From the human T2T-CHM13v2.0 reference genome, Homo sapiens: DNA of 64,000 nucleotides. Every line of letters begins with the position of its first letter. The stretch's first letter is position 1. Below the pieces are notes generated by a model. The model did not search any database and was not told the origin of the DNA. It saw only the letters and a program-made list of their open reading frames with translations. The position numbers and the translations under genes were made by a program. Of this stretch, positions 1 through 13,744 are shown piece after piece. The stretch lies in NCBI RefSeq assembly GCF_009914755.1, contig NC_060929.1. The stretch is one strand, 5' to 3'.

Positions 1-147
1 GCTAATTTTTTTTTTTTAAATTTTTAATAGAGATGTGGTTTCACCATGTTGGCCAGACTGGTCTCGAACCCCTGACCTCAAGTAATCTACCCGCCTCGGT
101 CTCCCAAAGTGTGTTGAGATTATAGGCATGAGCCACCGCACCTGGTC
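1..147 (-). mobile_element. Alu (S-type) left arm, cut by window start
   Basis: TTTCACCATGTTGGCCAG...CTCCCAAAGTG...TGAGCCACCGCACCTGG = antisense Alu 5' monomer. Confidence 0.92.
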
Positions 148-1064
148 TCTCAGGACATTCTTGATGGAAGCAGGAAGAATCTTCTATGTAGTCAGGGTGA
201 TATTTTAAAATACATCGTTGTGAATTTTGCCTTCACATTTCTTTCCATGGACATGACACCCTCCCTGGTGAGCCCAGAGTAGGGTTGAGTTGAGGTTTGG
301 GAATTAAATTGTCATATTAATATTCACAATAGTAAAAAGAGAAATAGTTAATGTTTTTCTTCTGACACTAAAATATGATTTCGCAGCAAAACCAAAAGCT
401 TGGATTCTGAGTAAGAAGATAATTTTCTAGTTCATTTGAGCATATCAAAGAATGAGTAGATATCCAATAAGAGTTTATTTCTTAGTAGAATGAAGATACT
501 CTTTTGTCTATGATTACTGGATTGTGCTGCTATTGAAAGGTAGGAGAAGAATACGAAGGAGAGAAATTCTTGAAGCCCATCCCTTCTGGGCAGTAGGATG
601 ACAGGGAGAGTAAACATTGCTAGGCAAGAGTGAAAGAAAAAAGACTCATGGGTTCTAATCTCTAGGCAACAGGCTTTAGTGTGTGAAGAGAATGTGTATT
701 GGATAAGCACAGAGAAATGAGTAAGTCTAGGAAGGATTTACTTTCATCCAGTTTGGGACTCTATATGGCACACTGCAGAATTTAGCAATTCCAGGCAACC
801 ATTATTTCAAATGCAGCATAAGCAGTGTCAGAGGAGCTGATTTAAACCCAAAAGAGACTGCAAGACAGCTGGAAAATTTAGGGGCTTGTTTGTTTGTTTG
901 CTCCTTCCCCAGGTGCTCTCTGCTCTCCAAAATATTAAGGTTGTTTTGAGAAAAGAGGAGGAGTTAGGACATTAGGCAGTCCTCCAATAGTGGCTACCAT
1001 AAAGGAGGAACCCAAGAGGTCTCATCTGGAGACACTGGGTTTTAGGTATCATGGGTTTCCTTAT

Positions 1065-1336
1065 TGCTATGGTTTGAACGTTTTTGTCTGCTCCAAAATT
1101 CATATTGAAACTTGATCCCCGATGCAAAAATATTAAGAGGTGGGACTTTAAGAAAGTGATCAGGCCACGAGAGTTCTGCTGTCATGAATAGGATTAGTAA
1201 CCTTATAAAAGGGCTGGAGGAAACTAGCAAGGTCCCTTTCTGTTTTCCCCAGACACCGAATGCCAATACCTTGATCTTGGACTTCCCAGATTTAGAACTA
1301 TAAGAAATACATTTTTGTTTTTTATAAATTACCCAA
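1065..1336 (+). mobile_element. ERVL-MaLR solo LTR (MST/MLT1A-like)
   Basis: Starts TGCTATGGTTTGAA; AAAATTCATATTGAAAC, CTTATAAAAGGG and CTTGATCTTGGACTTCCCAG motifs typical of MaLR LTRs. Confidence 0.8.
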
Positions 1337-1515
1337 TGCTGTGGTTTACTCTTTGTCCCCTGCCAAAACTCACATTGACATTTACTCCCCAATGTGGCAG
1401 CATAGAGAGATTGGACCTTTAAGAGGTGATTGGGTCATGGAGGCTCTGGGTGTTAAAACTGGAGGAAGGGAAGAGAATCTGAGTCTTCTTCTCACAAAAT
1501 CTTGCTATGAGAGGA
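1337..1515 (+). mobile_element. Second MaLR LTR 5' fragment (MST-like)
   Basis: TGCTGTGGTTT...TTTGTCCCCTGCCAAAACTCA...CTTTAAGAGGTGATTGGGTCATGGAGGCTCTG. Confidence 0.7.
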
Positions 1516-1998
1516 CTGGTCATTATTAATACCTGTCCTGGTATTACTACATCATCCTGGAGGACCAGATGTTTTTGGAATGAGAGAAGACAAATGAAGT
1601 CTTGCGTCTACTGTTTCTTAGAGACAGTGTTTCTGATTATAGGCCATAGTTATCTTAAAAAGACCATGTTGATCTTCACAGTCAGCTGAGAATGTAAAAG
1701 CATTGGTAGTGATTGCCATGGAGGGATGGCTTTTGAATAGCACAGGTAGGACCTCATGGGATTGAGGAGCAAGTGAAATAACTGAAAATTCGTAACTTCA
1801 GAACATTTCAACATGTTTAAGAGCTGAACAAAATTACAAAAAATCCATTTTATTTGCCCATATTTATATTAGTTATATTATTTGTTCAGGGAGTCAGGAA
1901 AAGGGAAATTTACAAATTAATGACGAATGTATTTTGTAATTATTCTGGCCAGTGTCTTACCTGAATTGGGCCTTGTTCCAAGACTGATCCTTGTTTTC

Positions 1999-2163
1999 TT
2001 TTTTTTTTTTTTTGAGAAGGAGTCTCGCTCTGTCGCACAGGCTGGAGTTTAGTGGCACCATCTCGGCTCACTGCAAGCTCTGCCTCCCAGTTCACGCCAT
2101 TCTCCTGCCTTAGCCTCCCGAGTAGCTGGGATTACAGGCACTTGCCACCACACTTGGCTAATT

Positions 2164-2194
<31 letters not shown>

Positions 2195-2312
2195 AGTAGA
2201 GACAGGGTTTCACCATGTTAGCCAGGATGGTCTCGATCTCCTGACCTCGTGATCCACCCGCCTCGGCCTCCCGAAGTGCTGGGATTACAGGCTTGAGCCA
2301 CCGCGCCCAGCC
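1999..2312 (-). mobile_element. Full-length AluY with TSD
   Basis: AluY diagnostics CTGCAAGCTC, TTCACGCCATTCTCC, TTAGCCAGGATGGTCTCGATC; TSD TGTTTTCTTT at 1992-2001 and 2314-2323. Confidence 0.95.
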
Positions 2313-2547
2313 CTGTTTTCTTTAAAAGATTGTGTACCAAATATTTTACCAGACAGAAGATACTGGTCATGTGAACATTGCTGTCTTCTGGTTGTTCTCT
2401 GCCCCTCACAAAGAGGTGGGTGCTTGAGATGCAGTACCAGTGAGTTACAGAGGGACAGTAAGAAGCCACATGTTCTTTGTCCTTTGCACATTTGCGTTGA
2501 AGTGTGAAAACCCTGGTATATTTGAGCTAACATGGACTAACCAGATC

Positions 2548-2644
2548 CTCTCTTTCTCTTTCTTTCTTTTTTCTTTCTTTCCTTCTTTCCTTCTTTCCTT
2601 CCTTCCTTCTTTCCTTCCTCCCTTCCTTCCCTTTTTTTTTTTTT
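2548..2644. repeat. Polypyrimidine (TTTC)n/(TTCC)n microsatellite ending in poly-T
   Basis: About 97 bp of C/T only. Confidence 0.95.
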
Positions 2645-2799
2645 AAGTGACCTTAAAGATGACCTAATCAGGTACCCTAGTGCACTGGGATAGAAACTAA
2701 GAGGGATTCAGGAGATTATTGATTAAGAAAAGTTCTATCTCCTCATCTCAGGGATTGTATTTCTGACTCACTTGTATTTCTTCTGTATCTTCAGCTTCT

Positions 2800-3105
2800 C
2801 TCTCCTCTATTTAACTCTTAACATAAATATCAAATTCTGAAAGAGGAGGTTCCTGACTCTCAAATAGAGGGAATTATCTAGTAACCCATTATAACCTAAT
2901 CCTGATTTAATAATCTCATTGACACTCTTTTAGCTAAGAAATTTTCTTGTCTGTTCACTTGTTTTACTGTTTCTCCTTGTCTCCTAGAATAGCATCTCCA
3001 TGAAAAGAGAAACATTATTGCTCATGTACAGTATGGGATCTCCAGGACACATAAGTGTGCTCAACATATAGTAGGCTCTCAGTTAATATTTGTTAAATCT
3101 GTTAA
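2800..3105 (+). mobile_element. L2 3' end fragment
   Basis: CTAGAATAGCATCTCCATGAAAAGAGA...CATATAGTAGGCTCTCAGTTAATATTTGTTAAAT resembles the L2 terminus. Confidence 0.6.
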
Positions 3106-3279
3106 AAATGCATGAGCCAAAAGATCATATAGCCTGAGAAATAAAGACATAGGAAGAGGAGTCTGCTTACCTTCCGATTTCCCTGAGGTCAACTTCTTGT
3201 AATTCCATTCATTAATATTTCTCTCTGCTCTTAATTTTGTCTGGTGTTCCCCGTCTTCCAATCAAATAATGGATGAGCT

Positions 3280-3420
3280 AGCAGTTGCCTTTCCTAAACC
3301 TCAGTTTCTTTATTTTTAGAAACAGAGAAGACTATCTATTATAACCAGAAGATACCATCTAGAAGGATTAAAATTAAAATGGATAAAATGTATATGTAAG
3401 GACATTTTAAACTACATGCT
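3280..3420 (+). mobile_element. MIR fragment
   Basis: CCTCAGTTTCTTTATTTTTAGAAA core-like sequence. Confidence 0.4.
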
Positions 3421-3459
3421 GTACACATTTAAAGACATTTTTACAGAATTACTAGAATT

Positions 3460-3600
3460 TCGATTCTTGAAGGAACTTTCAAGCCTTTTATTTTACAAAG
3501 GAGGAATAATTGATCCAGAGATCTTATATTACCTCACCATGGTTACAGAAGTTGAGTGGTTTCCTGACTCCAGATTCTGTCTTTGGTTCACTATTCCAAA
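3460..3600 (-). mobile_element. MIR fragment
   Basis: ATTTTACAAAGGAGGAATAATTGATCCAGAGA...TCCTGACTCCAG, antisense MIR core. Confidence 0.45.
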
Positions 3601-4469
3601 CTACCTCCTCCAAGTCTTACCAAGTGTTTTAACCTTAGGAGTGACTTGCTCAAAGCAGTACACCCAGCATGCTGCAAAGTCTTTTGACTCTCTAATTTAG
3701 CACTTTTTCATATTACATCTTCCTGCCTCCCATTCTTATTGAACTGTAATGAGATGTATTCTATTTTAATTAGTATGTTAATGTTTAGTGTTGGTGTCAG
3801 CCTGACCTTGTATGTGTTTGTCTTTGCTGCTCTGTTTCTATTTAAACTACAAGCTCTTGGGAAGAGACAGAAATGCCAATTTAACCACTCCACTGCCTTG
3901 TGATCCTGAAGACTTTAACAAAGACTATTTGGTGATGATAATGATGATAGACTATACATAATAATATTCCCCTTTCTCTCTAGAGGCCTGCATGGTTGCT
4001 TTAGTTTGCATTTGGAATTCTCTCATTATGGTTTGAAAAATAGGTACTTTAGGATTCTTCTAAAGGCCCAAAAATGGAAGCAATATTTTCCATCAATAAT
4101 TTTTCTCACTAAAATTCTGAATTTTCCTCATATTTGCAAAGGAAAACAAATGTGTGAAACCCAGAGATAAAGTGTAGAGTGGAGCTGTCATTTATATGTT
4201 TATGTATTTTCCAGAACACTGCTGAGCACAGCAATATAAGTGGTAAATGCAACATTTCTTTTGCAGGAGAGCAGGTGGCACTTGAGGCAGGGAAATTGAA
4301 AGGATGTAGGATATGTGAGAAAGAAAAACAACAACAGAAAAATGGAAGCTAAGGAGGCAGCTGGATACAATACCTAACACATTTTTTTAACAAAAATACA
4401 GAACTTCTGTAATTGGGTATAAGTTAGAGTTGCCAAGTTCCCATAGGTCGCTTAACAGAATTAGAAATA

Positions 4470-4637
4470 GGACAGCATAGTGGTTAGGTTCTTGAGCCAA
4501 ACTACATAGATTGGCATTCCAGCGCCAGCACTTCCTTCCTATTGAAAAGTATTGTAATATTAATAAAATAATACATACAAAACATTTCAAACAGTGTTTT
4601 TCCCATAGCAGGCAATCAATAAGGTTGTTATTACTAG
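4470..4637 (+). mobile_element. MIR (internally deleted)
   Basis: AGCATAGTGGTTAGG 5' end and CATAGCAGGCAATCAATAAGGTTGTTATTA 3' end. Confidence 0.5.
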
Positions 4638-4978
4638 TCTATTTATATTTAAGCCTTCATTCTTATGAGCAGAGTGAAGGGGTTGTTCCCAACTTGAAGA
4701 CAGAGTGATTACAGAATTTGGGAGGTCAAACACTGATCTTGGAGACATCAGTCAATAGTGTGGGAGAATTGGATGCTGAAGCCTCCAAAGTTCTCTATGA
4801 TAGTAACTGCTTTTCTAAAACTATTCACTTGAATGAGTTAAGACATTACGAAATTACAAATGTGTAATATAGGATTGAGACATAATCACCCATTAACACA
4901 CAATCATTAATCCATTTATCATATTAGCTACTGATAGCTTAAGGGACCTGAGGGAATTAGAAAAGACAAAATATGAAT

Positions 4979-5358
4979 GTGTATGGCAGACAGTGGCTAG
5001 CTGTTTCCCATATCCACTTCCTTTTCTTCCTGGGCACAAATGCCCCAGACTTGCTTCCTGTTAGGTGTAGGCACAGACCTAAGCTCTACTCAATGCAATG
5101 CAATGCAATCAGAAGAGATGAAGCCCCTTTCAGGCCCACACCACTCAACGTTTCCCATGTGCTGTCCTTTGTGCTTTCTCCTGAGTGGATAAATGGGCAC
5201 ATGGCTCTTGAAAACCACAAGTTGAAGACAGAAACAACTCATGTCAATTATCTCATCTGGAACATTTGTAAAAACAAGAAGCAAACTCCTACCGTGTTTG
5301 AACCATTATTCAGTTTTGGGATTTATTTATAACAAAAACTAGCATTAAGCTAACTCAT
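4979..5358 (+). mobile_element. Old MaLR LTR (MLT1I/J/K-like)
   Basis: TGTATGGCAGACAGTGGCTAGCTG start; TTAGGTGTAGGCACAGAC; TTTGGGATTTATTTATAACA...CTAACT end. Confidence 0.65.
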
Positions 5359-5365
5359 AAGAAAC

Positions 5366-5486
5366 ATATATAGGTTTGTATATGTGTAAAGTTTAGGGCA
5401 AGGGGAATGATATATAGGGGTATGATATAAAGGGGAATGATATATAGGTTTGTATATGTGTAAAGTTTAGAGCAAGGGGAATGATA
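5366..5486. repeat. 47-bp direct repeat with templated spacer
   Basis: ATATATAGGTTTGTATATGTGTAAAGTTTAGRGCAAGGGGAATGATA at 5366-5412 and 5440-5486 (1 mismatch). Confidence 0.95.
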
Positions 5487-5559
5487 GGAGATGAGAAGGA
5501 GAAGAATTGGAGCAAACAAAATGTAATTCACTGTGGTGCCATTTTCTAAGTAAAAACCT

Positions 5560-5858
5560 GAGAAGTTGGAGCACAGTTTACAAGACCGTTGTCATTTCTG
5601 ACATTATTTGCAAGTTTGGAGTTCCCCCAAACCACTCATAAGTTCAATAATTAGCAAGAAAGCCTTACTGAACTCACTGAAAGCTGTTCATTCATGCTAA
5701 AGTGTTATCACAGCTAAACGGTACAGATTAAAATCAGCTAAGAGAAAAGTACCATAGGGCAGAATCCAAGAAAGTCCCAAATGCAGAGAGATCTTCCAGT
5801 TGTTCTCTCCTCAGGGAGCCATGGACAGTACTACTTTTCTAGTATTGATGTGTGACAG
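5560..5858 (-). mobile_element. MER21-family ERVL LTR fragment
   Basis: ACAGATTAAAATCAGCTAAGAGAAAAGTACCATAGGGCAGAATCCAAG; CTGAACTCACTGAAAGCTG; opposite orientation to the 43.5 kb copy. Confidence 0.65.
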
Positions 5859-5950
5859 TGTTGGGGCTCAGCAAAACATACCCCAAATTGAAGCAGCCCT
5901 AGAAGCAAATGTTTCTGTCTGAGCTTCTCCTGCCCTCCTGTCTCAGTCAC
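5859..5950 (+). mobile_element. MER31-like ERV1 LTR 5' fragment
   Basis: TGTTGGGGCTCAGCAAAACATACCCCAAA...CTTCTCCTGCCCTCCTGTCTC. Confidence 0.65.
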
Positions 5951-7210
5951 GAGAGACTGAGTCTCTTGTGTCTGAAAACAGTCTCTTGTCTATGGAAAGA
6001 AAGACAAGTTAACACTGTTCAAACTCATGAATTCAAGTGTGTTTGATGAGCTTTCCTTTGATAGTCTGTGAAACGGGCACACAAAGTCCCTTTTTGTTTC
6101 AAAGTGTTTTGAAGTAAATTACTGTAACTTGACATTGAAACACTGCTAATTAAATGCAGTAAAGAAAACTTTAAAATGCATGTAAGCAAAGGGATAGAGG
6201 TTAAAGCCCTCAACTTCTCAAATAACTGTGAAATTGACTGGAGGTAAGTGACAATATTCCTCTCTTAACTGGCCACTTGATTTCATAATTTTCCTCTTCC
6301 TGGCTATGCTATCATGGCTTCGCCTTTTGTGTTTCTTTAGTTGATTCCCCTGTCCCAAGATATAGTTGCTGCAGTCAGGGACCTTATTTATAATGATGAT
6401 TGAGTTAGCTCAGGCAGGAATGCGCCTTATCAACAGATTCTTTCCACAGAAAGTGTAATGATGATTAATGAACTCATTTTCCCATAATTCAGAATTGACT
6501 TAGGGTGGCCCCTGTGGTTGTAGGGAGTCCAACACTGTGGTGATTTGTGGTTGCCCAACACCTTTGACTCAGCCAGTCCCTCAGGACTGAGACTTACATG
6601 TTCTTCAAATTAGGGAGGCATTGAGTAATTAACAATACATGGCAGATTTTACCATGGGAGGAAACTGGAGGAACTGCTTCTCTCAACCAACATTCCTCAA
6701 CCAAGTTCCTTATAAAAGGTGGTGGAATAAAAATTCCTAATTATTTTTACCACTATTTAATAATGTTTTAATCTTTAGTTATTTTTACCTCTATCTAATA
6801 ATTTTTAAACCTAATATTTGCAATATATCTGCTATGTACCAGATAGATGCCAGCAGGTGTTAGATGTGTGTGTGTCATTATATGCTGCTGTGTGATCCAA
6901 AGTGATCTAGAAGCAGGAGAATTTTAATCTCGATTACCTAAATAAGACCAAAGATTTGAAAAAATAGATCCCAATATACTAAATTCATATTCAAAAACAC
7001 TTTAAAAAAATCATAGCTTAACTCCTCTGTTTCTCCAAATGAATGTGAAATTATGAAAATACAGATTTTGTTGTTTATGTGAACCAGCTATTTTCTCTAA
7101 AAACTTTGTGTACTCACCCAGAACATTTAAATATTTAAGACAGGAAAGGACAATTTTCAAATTGTTAACACATAAGTGTTACGCAAATAGAAAATAAATA
7201 TGTGCCAAAG

Positions 7211-9566
<2,356 letters not shown>

Positions 9567-9976
9567 ATTAGAGTCATTAATGAGAGAATAAGCAACATGC
9601 AAGTGATGTTTTGGAAAGGATTTTAGAAATATAGTGTGAAAGAAGTTACATTTTCTGCAACCATCAAATATCTCTCAGGTGTGCTTATTAAAAAATAATC
9701 TAGCAAAATATTGAAGTCACAAAAATCAACATGTTATTTATTTTCAGTTTTGGATAATTTTCCTATACTTGTTGATTTCTTTTCCATTCCCTACTAATAA
9801 AAAGTAAACTAATAATTATTCTCAGCAAACATATATCTCAGATATTTGTAGATTTGCCTCCAGATACTAAAAATACAAATTAGAAGCTCAGGCATATTTG
9901 TTAAGGAAAACAAATTAAATTGCTTACAATGTATGAGTTGAAAGAGGGAAAAGTTTAGTTCCTGAAATGATAAATG

Positions 9977-10482
9977 TCAGGTAGGAGGTGGGACCCAACT
10001 GCAGAGGCAGGGCTAGGATAGGACCGAATTGAGGACTAGCTAAAATAAGAATGGAGTGTGGAGCAGAAGTTACTTCCCATAAAACCCACCCACCAGTGGG
10101 CCATGTCAGTTTACCATTGCCATGGCAACACCTAGGTGTTACCACCCCTTCCCATGGTGATGACCCTAGGATCCACATGTTACTACCCTTCTCCTAAAAA
10201 TTTCCACATAAACCGCCCTTTAATCTACATGTAATTAAAAGTAGGTAGAAATATGGCTAAAACTTCCCTGAGCTGCTACTCCCAGCACACTGCTCATGGA
10301 GTAGCCCTGCTCTGCAGAAGCAGTCACGAAGCTGTAAAACTACAGGTACTGTAACACTGCTGCTTCAACAAAGCTGTTTTCTTCTGTCCTACCACCAGCT
10401 CACCCTTGAATTTGAAATTCCTGGGCAAGGCCAACAACCCTCAAAGGCTAAGTCCTACTTTGGGGTTTCCTGCCCTGTACCA
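9977..10482 (+). mobile_element. MER66-like ERV1 solo LTR with 4-bp TSD
   Basis: AGGTAGGAGGTGGGAC...AATTGAGGACTAGCTAAAA...GGAGTAGCCCTGCTCTG...CTGTACCA; AATG on both sides (9973-9976, 10483-10486). Confidence 0.8.
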
Positions 10483-10609
10483 AATGTAGTTGGTATTTCT
10501 AAAGAAACATAACCATCAGGTACATTGGCAATAATGAGAAATTGCACATAATAATTTTACCATAAATAACTTCTTAAGATCCTCAGGGTTATTTTCCCTC
10601 AAGTGTAAA

Positions 10610-10908
10610 TTTTTTTTTTTTTTTTTGGGACAGAGTCTCACTCTGTCGCCCAGACTAGAGTGCAGTGGCGCGATCTTGGCTCGCTGCAACCTCCGCCTGC
10701 TGGTTTCAAGTGATATTCTCGTGCCTCAGCCTCCTGAGTAGCTTGGATTACAGGCACATGCCACCACACTTGCCTAATTTTTTTGTATTTTTAGTAGAGA
10801 CGGGGTTTCACCATGTTGGCCAGGCTGAACTTGAACCCTTGACCTCAGGTGATATGCCCACCTTGGCCTCCCAAAGTGCTGGGATTTCAGGCATGAGCCA
10901 CACCTGGC
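10610..10908 (-). mobile_element. Full-length AluS (Sx/Sz-like)
   Basis: Poly-T, dimeric Alu with GACCTCAGGTGAT; explains ORFs 10665-11063 and 10774-10983. Confidence 0.93.
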
Positions 10909-10984
10909 AGAAAATTTTTTTAAGATATTATTTTCCCCCATCTTTCTATACAGCACTTGAAATGTCACACATCTCCAGAGCACA

Positions 10985-11037
10985 GAAGGAAGGAAGGAAG
11001 GAATGGAGGAAGGGAGGAAGGGATGGAGGGAAAGAGG
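10985..11037. repeat. (GGAA/GGGA)n purine-rich simple repeat
   Basis: AGAAGGAAGGAAGGAAGGAATGGAGGAAGGGAGGAAGGG. Confidence 0.85.
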
Positions 11038-12599
11038 GACTCAAATCAAACCATCACACTTAATATTTAATTTGGATCCTCATCATCTTGGCATGCTCTT
11101 GTTTACTTCCCCAAAGCACCTTTTTCTCACATGATATTTATATTTTGATTAAAAATACAAATTACAGGTGAAATTTCTTATTTCATTAAATGGGAAGTTT
11201 TTCCCTCCTTTGAACACTCTCCATCCTCGAAACCCTTGTTTGTCCCTTATCTTTTGGGAGCATCATTGGCACTATTTCTATTATAGTTCACAAGCCACTG
11301 CAAATTAACTCCTCTGTTATGCCACCATTCACCAACAGTTTTAGGTTTCAGAGACAAGGATATTACATTATTCTTAGGTAAATATTATGCAGGACCAACT
11401 TTGTCTTTTCCTGGTTGGAATCAGTAACATGACTGTTCTAGAAGCACGATGAGTTTTTAACTAAATGCAGGGGCTAAAAAAGCTAAGCACAGAAAGACAC
11501 TACAAGAAACACAAAATTAGCCTAGGATTTTGTGAGTAAGAACCATGAATTGAGTACATTTGTAGAATGATACATTGGGTGAGTTTGAGCCTGGCTTCAT
11601 AGTTATTTTCAGGTTCAGTGGAAAATCTTCAAGAGGTGGGCATTCTTTCTTGTGACTCTGAGCCAGCAACTTCATTCTGACATCCTCAACAAGGAAAAAA
11701 AATCCACGAACACCTGGAATTACACAAGTGATGTTTCTATAATGCAATGAGTACAATTTATTTGTGATTTGTGGTGTTCCTGTTTAAAGTTCTTAGGAGA
11801 GAAATTTTGTAACCGTACTTACTGAAGGCATATTTTGAACTCAAGATTTGTTTTGTAATTATGTTATATACTTACCAGTAAGAATCTGAAGGAATTAAAG
11901 TTAGAGGGTGCCAATGATTATGACACTCAGAGAAAGTAAATAAGGGATAACTGTATTAAACATCTAAACCAAGATGTTCCTTGAGAAGGGGCAGTCTTTG
12001 AAGCTATCTACTTGAGAAGAAAGGTCTCAGTTTGAAGACAGGAAGATCCCTTATCACGAATCTTGCTAACTGTAAAGTATCAGGTCAATGATATCAAGCA
12101 CAGTTCTTTGGAGGCTGAATAATTGATTCCACGGCACATGGTCATAAACGTCCTAGTGCTTAGAGGAGTTGATTCTAATAAAGTCTAATATTAAGCTCCT
12201 GTTCCTGGTGGCAAAGACACCAAGACAATTCATAACCTGGTGTTAGATATTAGCAGCAGAGAAGGTAGCTATTTTAAAAGTCTTAACTGTTATGATTACA
12301 GAAAGATATAGTTCAAAGGGGATTGAATAAAAGTGGAAACCTACCTTCATTAAGATATTTAGGGGCTGGAGTAGTGTTTCATTCTTACTAGCCTTGTATA
12401 CTCAGACCAGAATAGAGTATGAAGTTAGTCAAAAAGTAAAGTAAATTGATTCATAAATTAATAAATTCATTTTGCATTTACTGCCCTCCTCCTGCTCATA
12501 GCACTAAGAACTTGGGTCATGGTTCAGCATATAGTAGACTGCAAGTATTAGCTCATATTTACTAAGTGCTTCTTAACTGTTAAATAAAAAGCTAAACAA

Positions 12600-12760
12600 A
12601 ATCTTTGCAGATATCATGTCATTTAATTTTCATAAAACTTCAAGTAGTTAACCTATTATCAGGACTCCCATTTTGTAGATGAGTAAATTGGAAGTTAAAG
12701 AGTTTAGGTTACAGGTAAGTGGCAGACCCATGACACACACAGGTCTTGGTATTTATTTGT
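12600..12760 (-). mobile_element. MIR fragment
   Basis: CCCATTTTGTAGATGAGTAAATTGG...GTAAGTGGCAGA antisense MIR core. Confidence 0.6.
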
Positions 12761-13094
12761 TCTGATACAGAATGACAGACTGGTAGGTTGATTAATTATA
12801 AAACTTAAAAGAAATGCCTTATTTCTAGGGTTATTGCCTGAATCAGCTCAGTATCTGCTTATAGGCAAAATGCTCTTGGAATAGCAGGGGAACCTAAAAT
12901 CTAGGTATGAGTGTTTACTGGTGTTCTTCCTGCTCTGCTTATTCATTCCTTCAATCTCCTATCTAACTTTTAGCAATTCTAGGTTCCAGGTAGCTGGCCA
13001 TAAAACTGATATTCACTACTCTTGGTTGCTCTATTTAATTTGGCTTCTTTTTATTTATTATATAGATTTATTTTATAAATAATTTGCAAGACAC

Positions 13095-13478
13095 TTTTGT
13101 TTTAGTTTAGGTTCAGGGGTACATGGGCAGGTTTGATATATAGGTAAATTTCATGTCACGGGAGCTTGATGTCAAATTATTTCATCACCCAGGTAGTAAG
13201 CATAGCACCCAATAGGTAGTTTTTTGATCCTTACCCTCCTCCCACCCTCCACACTCAATAAGCCCTAGTATCTATTGTTCTCTTCTTCGTGTCCATGCGT
13301 ACTCCATGTTTATCTCCCACTTCTGAGAACATCCAGTATTTCATTTTCTGTTCCTGCATTAGTTCACTTAGGGTAAGGTCTCCAGTTCCATCTGTGTTGC
13401 TGCAAAGGACATGATCTTATTCTTTTTTTTTATACCTGCACAGTATTTCATGGTGTATATGGAACACATTTTTTTCTT
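13095..13478 (-). mobile_element. Short L1PA15/16-like 3' end
   Basis: GGTTCAGGGGTACATG...TTTCATCACCCAGGTAGTAAGCATAG...GCTGCAAAGGACATGATCTT. Confidence 0.85.
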
Positions 13479-13744
13479 TTTATATTTTTAAAGCCCGTTA
13501 GAGATAAGAGATTTCTTCATGTCAAATATGTTAGGTTTCAAACATTTAGAAAGGTACAGTAAATCTATAATAGGCAAATATATACAAAACAAAGGTTGTA
13601 AGTTCAAATACTACAGAATGAACACCCTGGGCACCTTCACTGATTGCTTCACCCCAGGGGCCAGGAGGATCATTATCTACCTTTGTTTTATCATTTTATT
13701 CACATTTTATTATTTTTATCATTTTCTTCACATTATTTTTAAAT

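Noticed and set aside
10665-11063. 132-aa ORF (also 2052-2252, 49224-49448, 60831-61220)
   Set aside because: Typical Alu-derived translations ([23 protein letters not shown]), not genes
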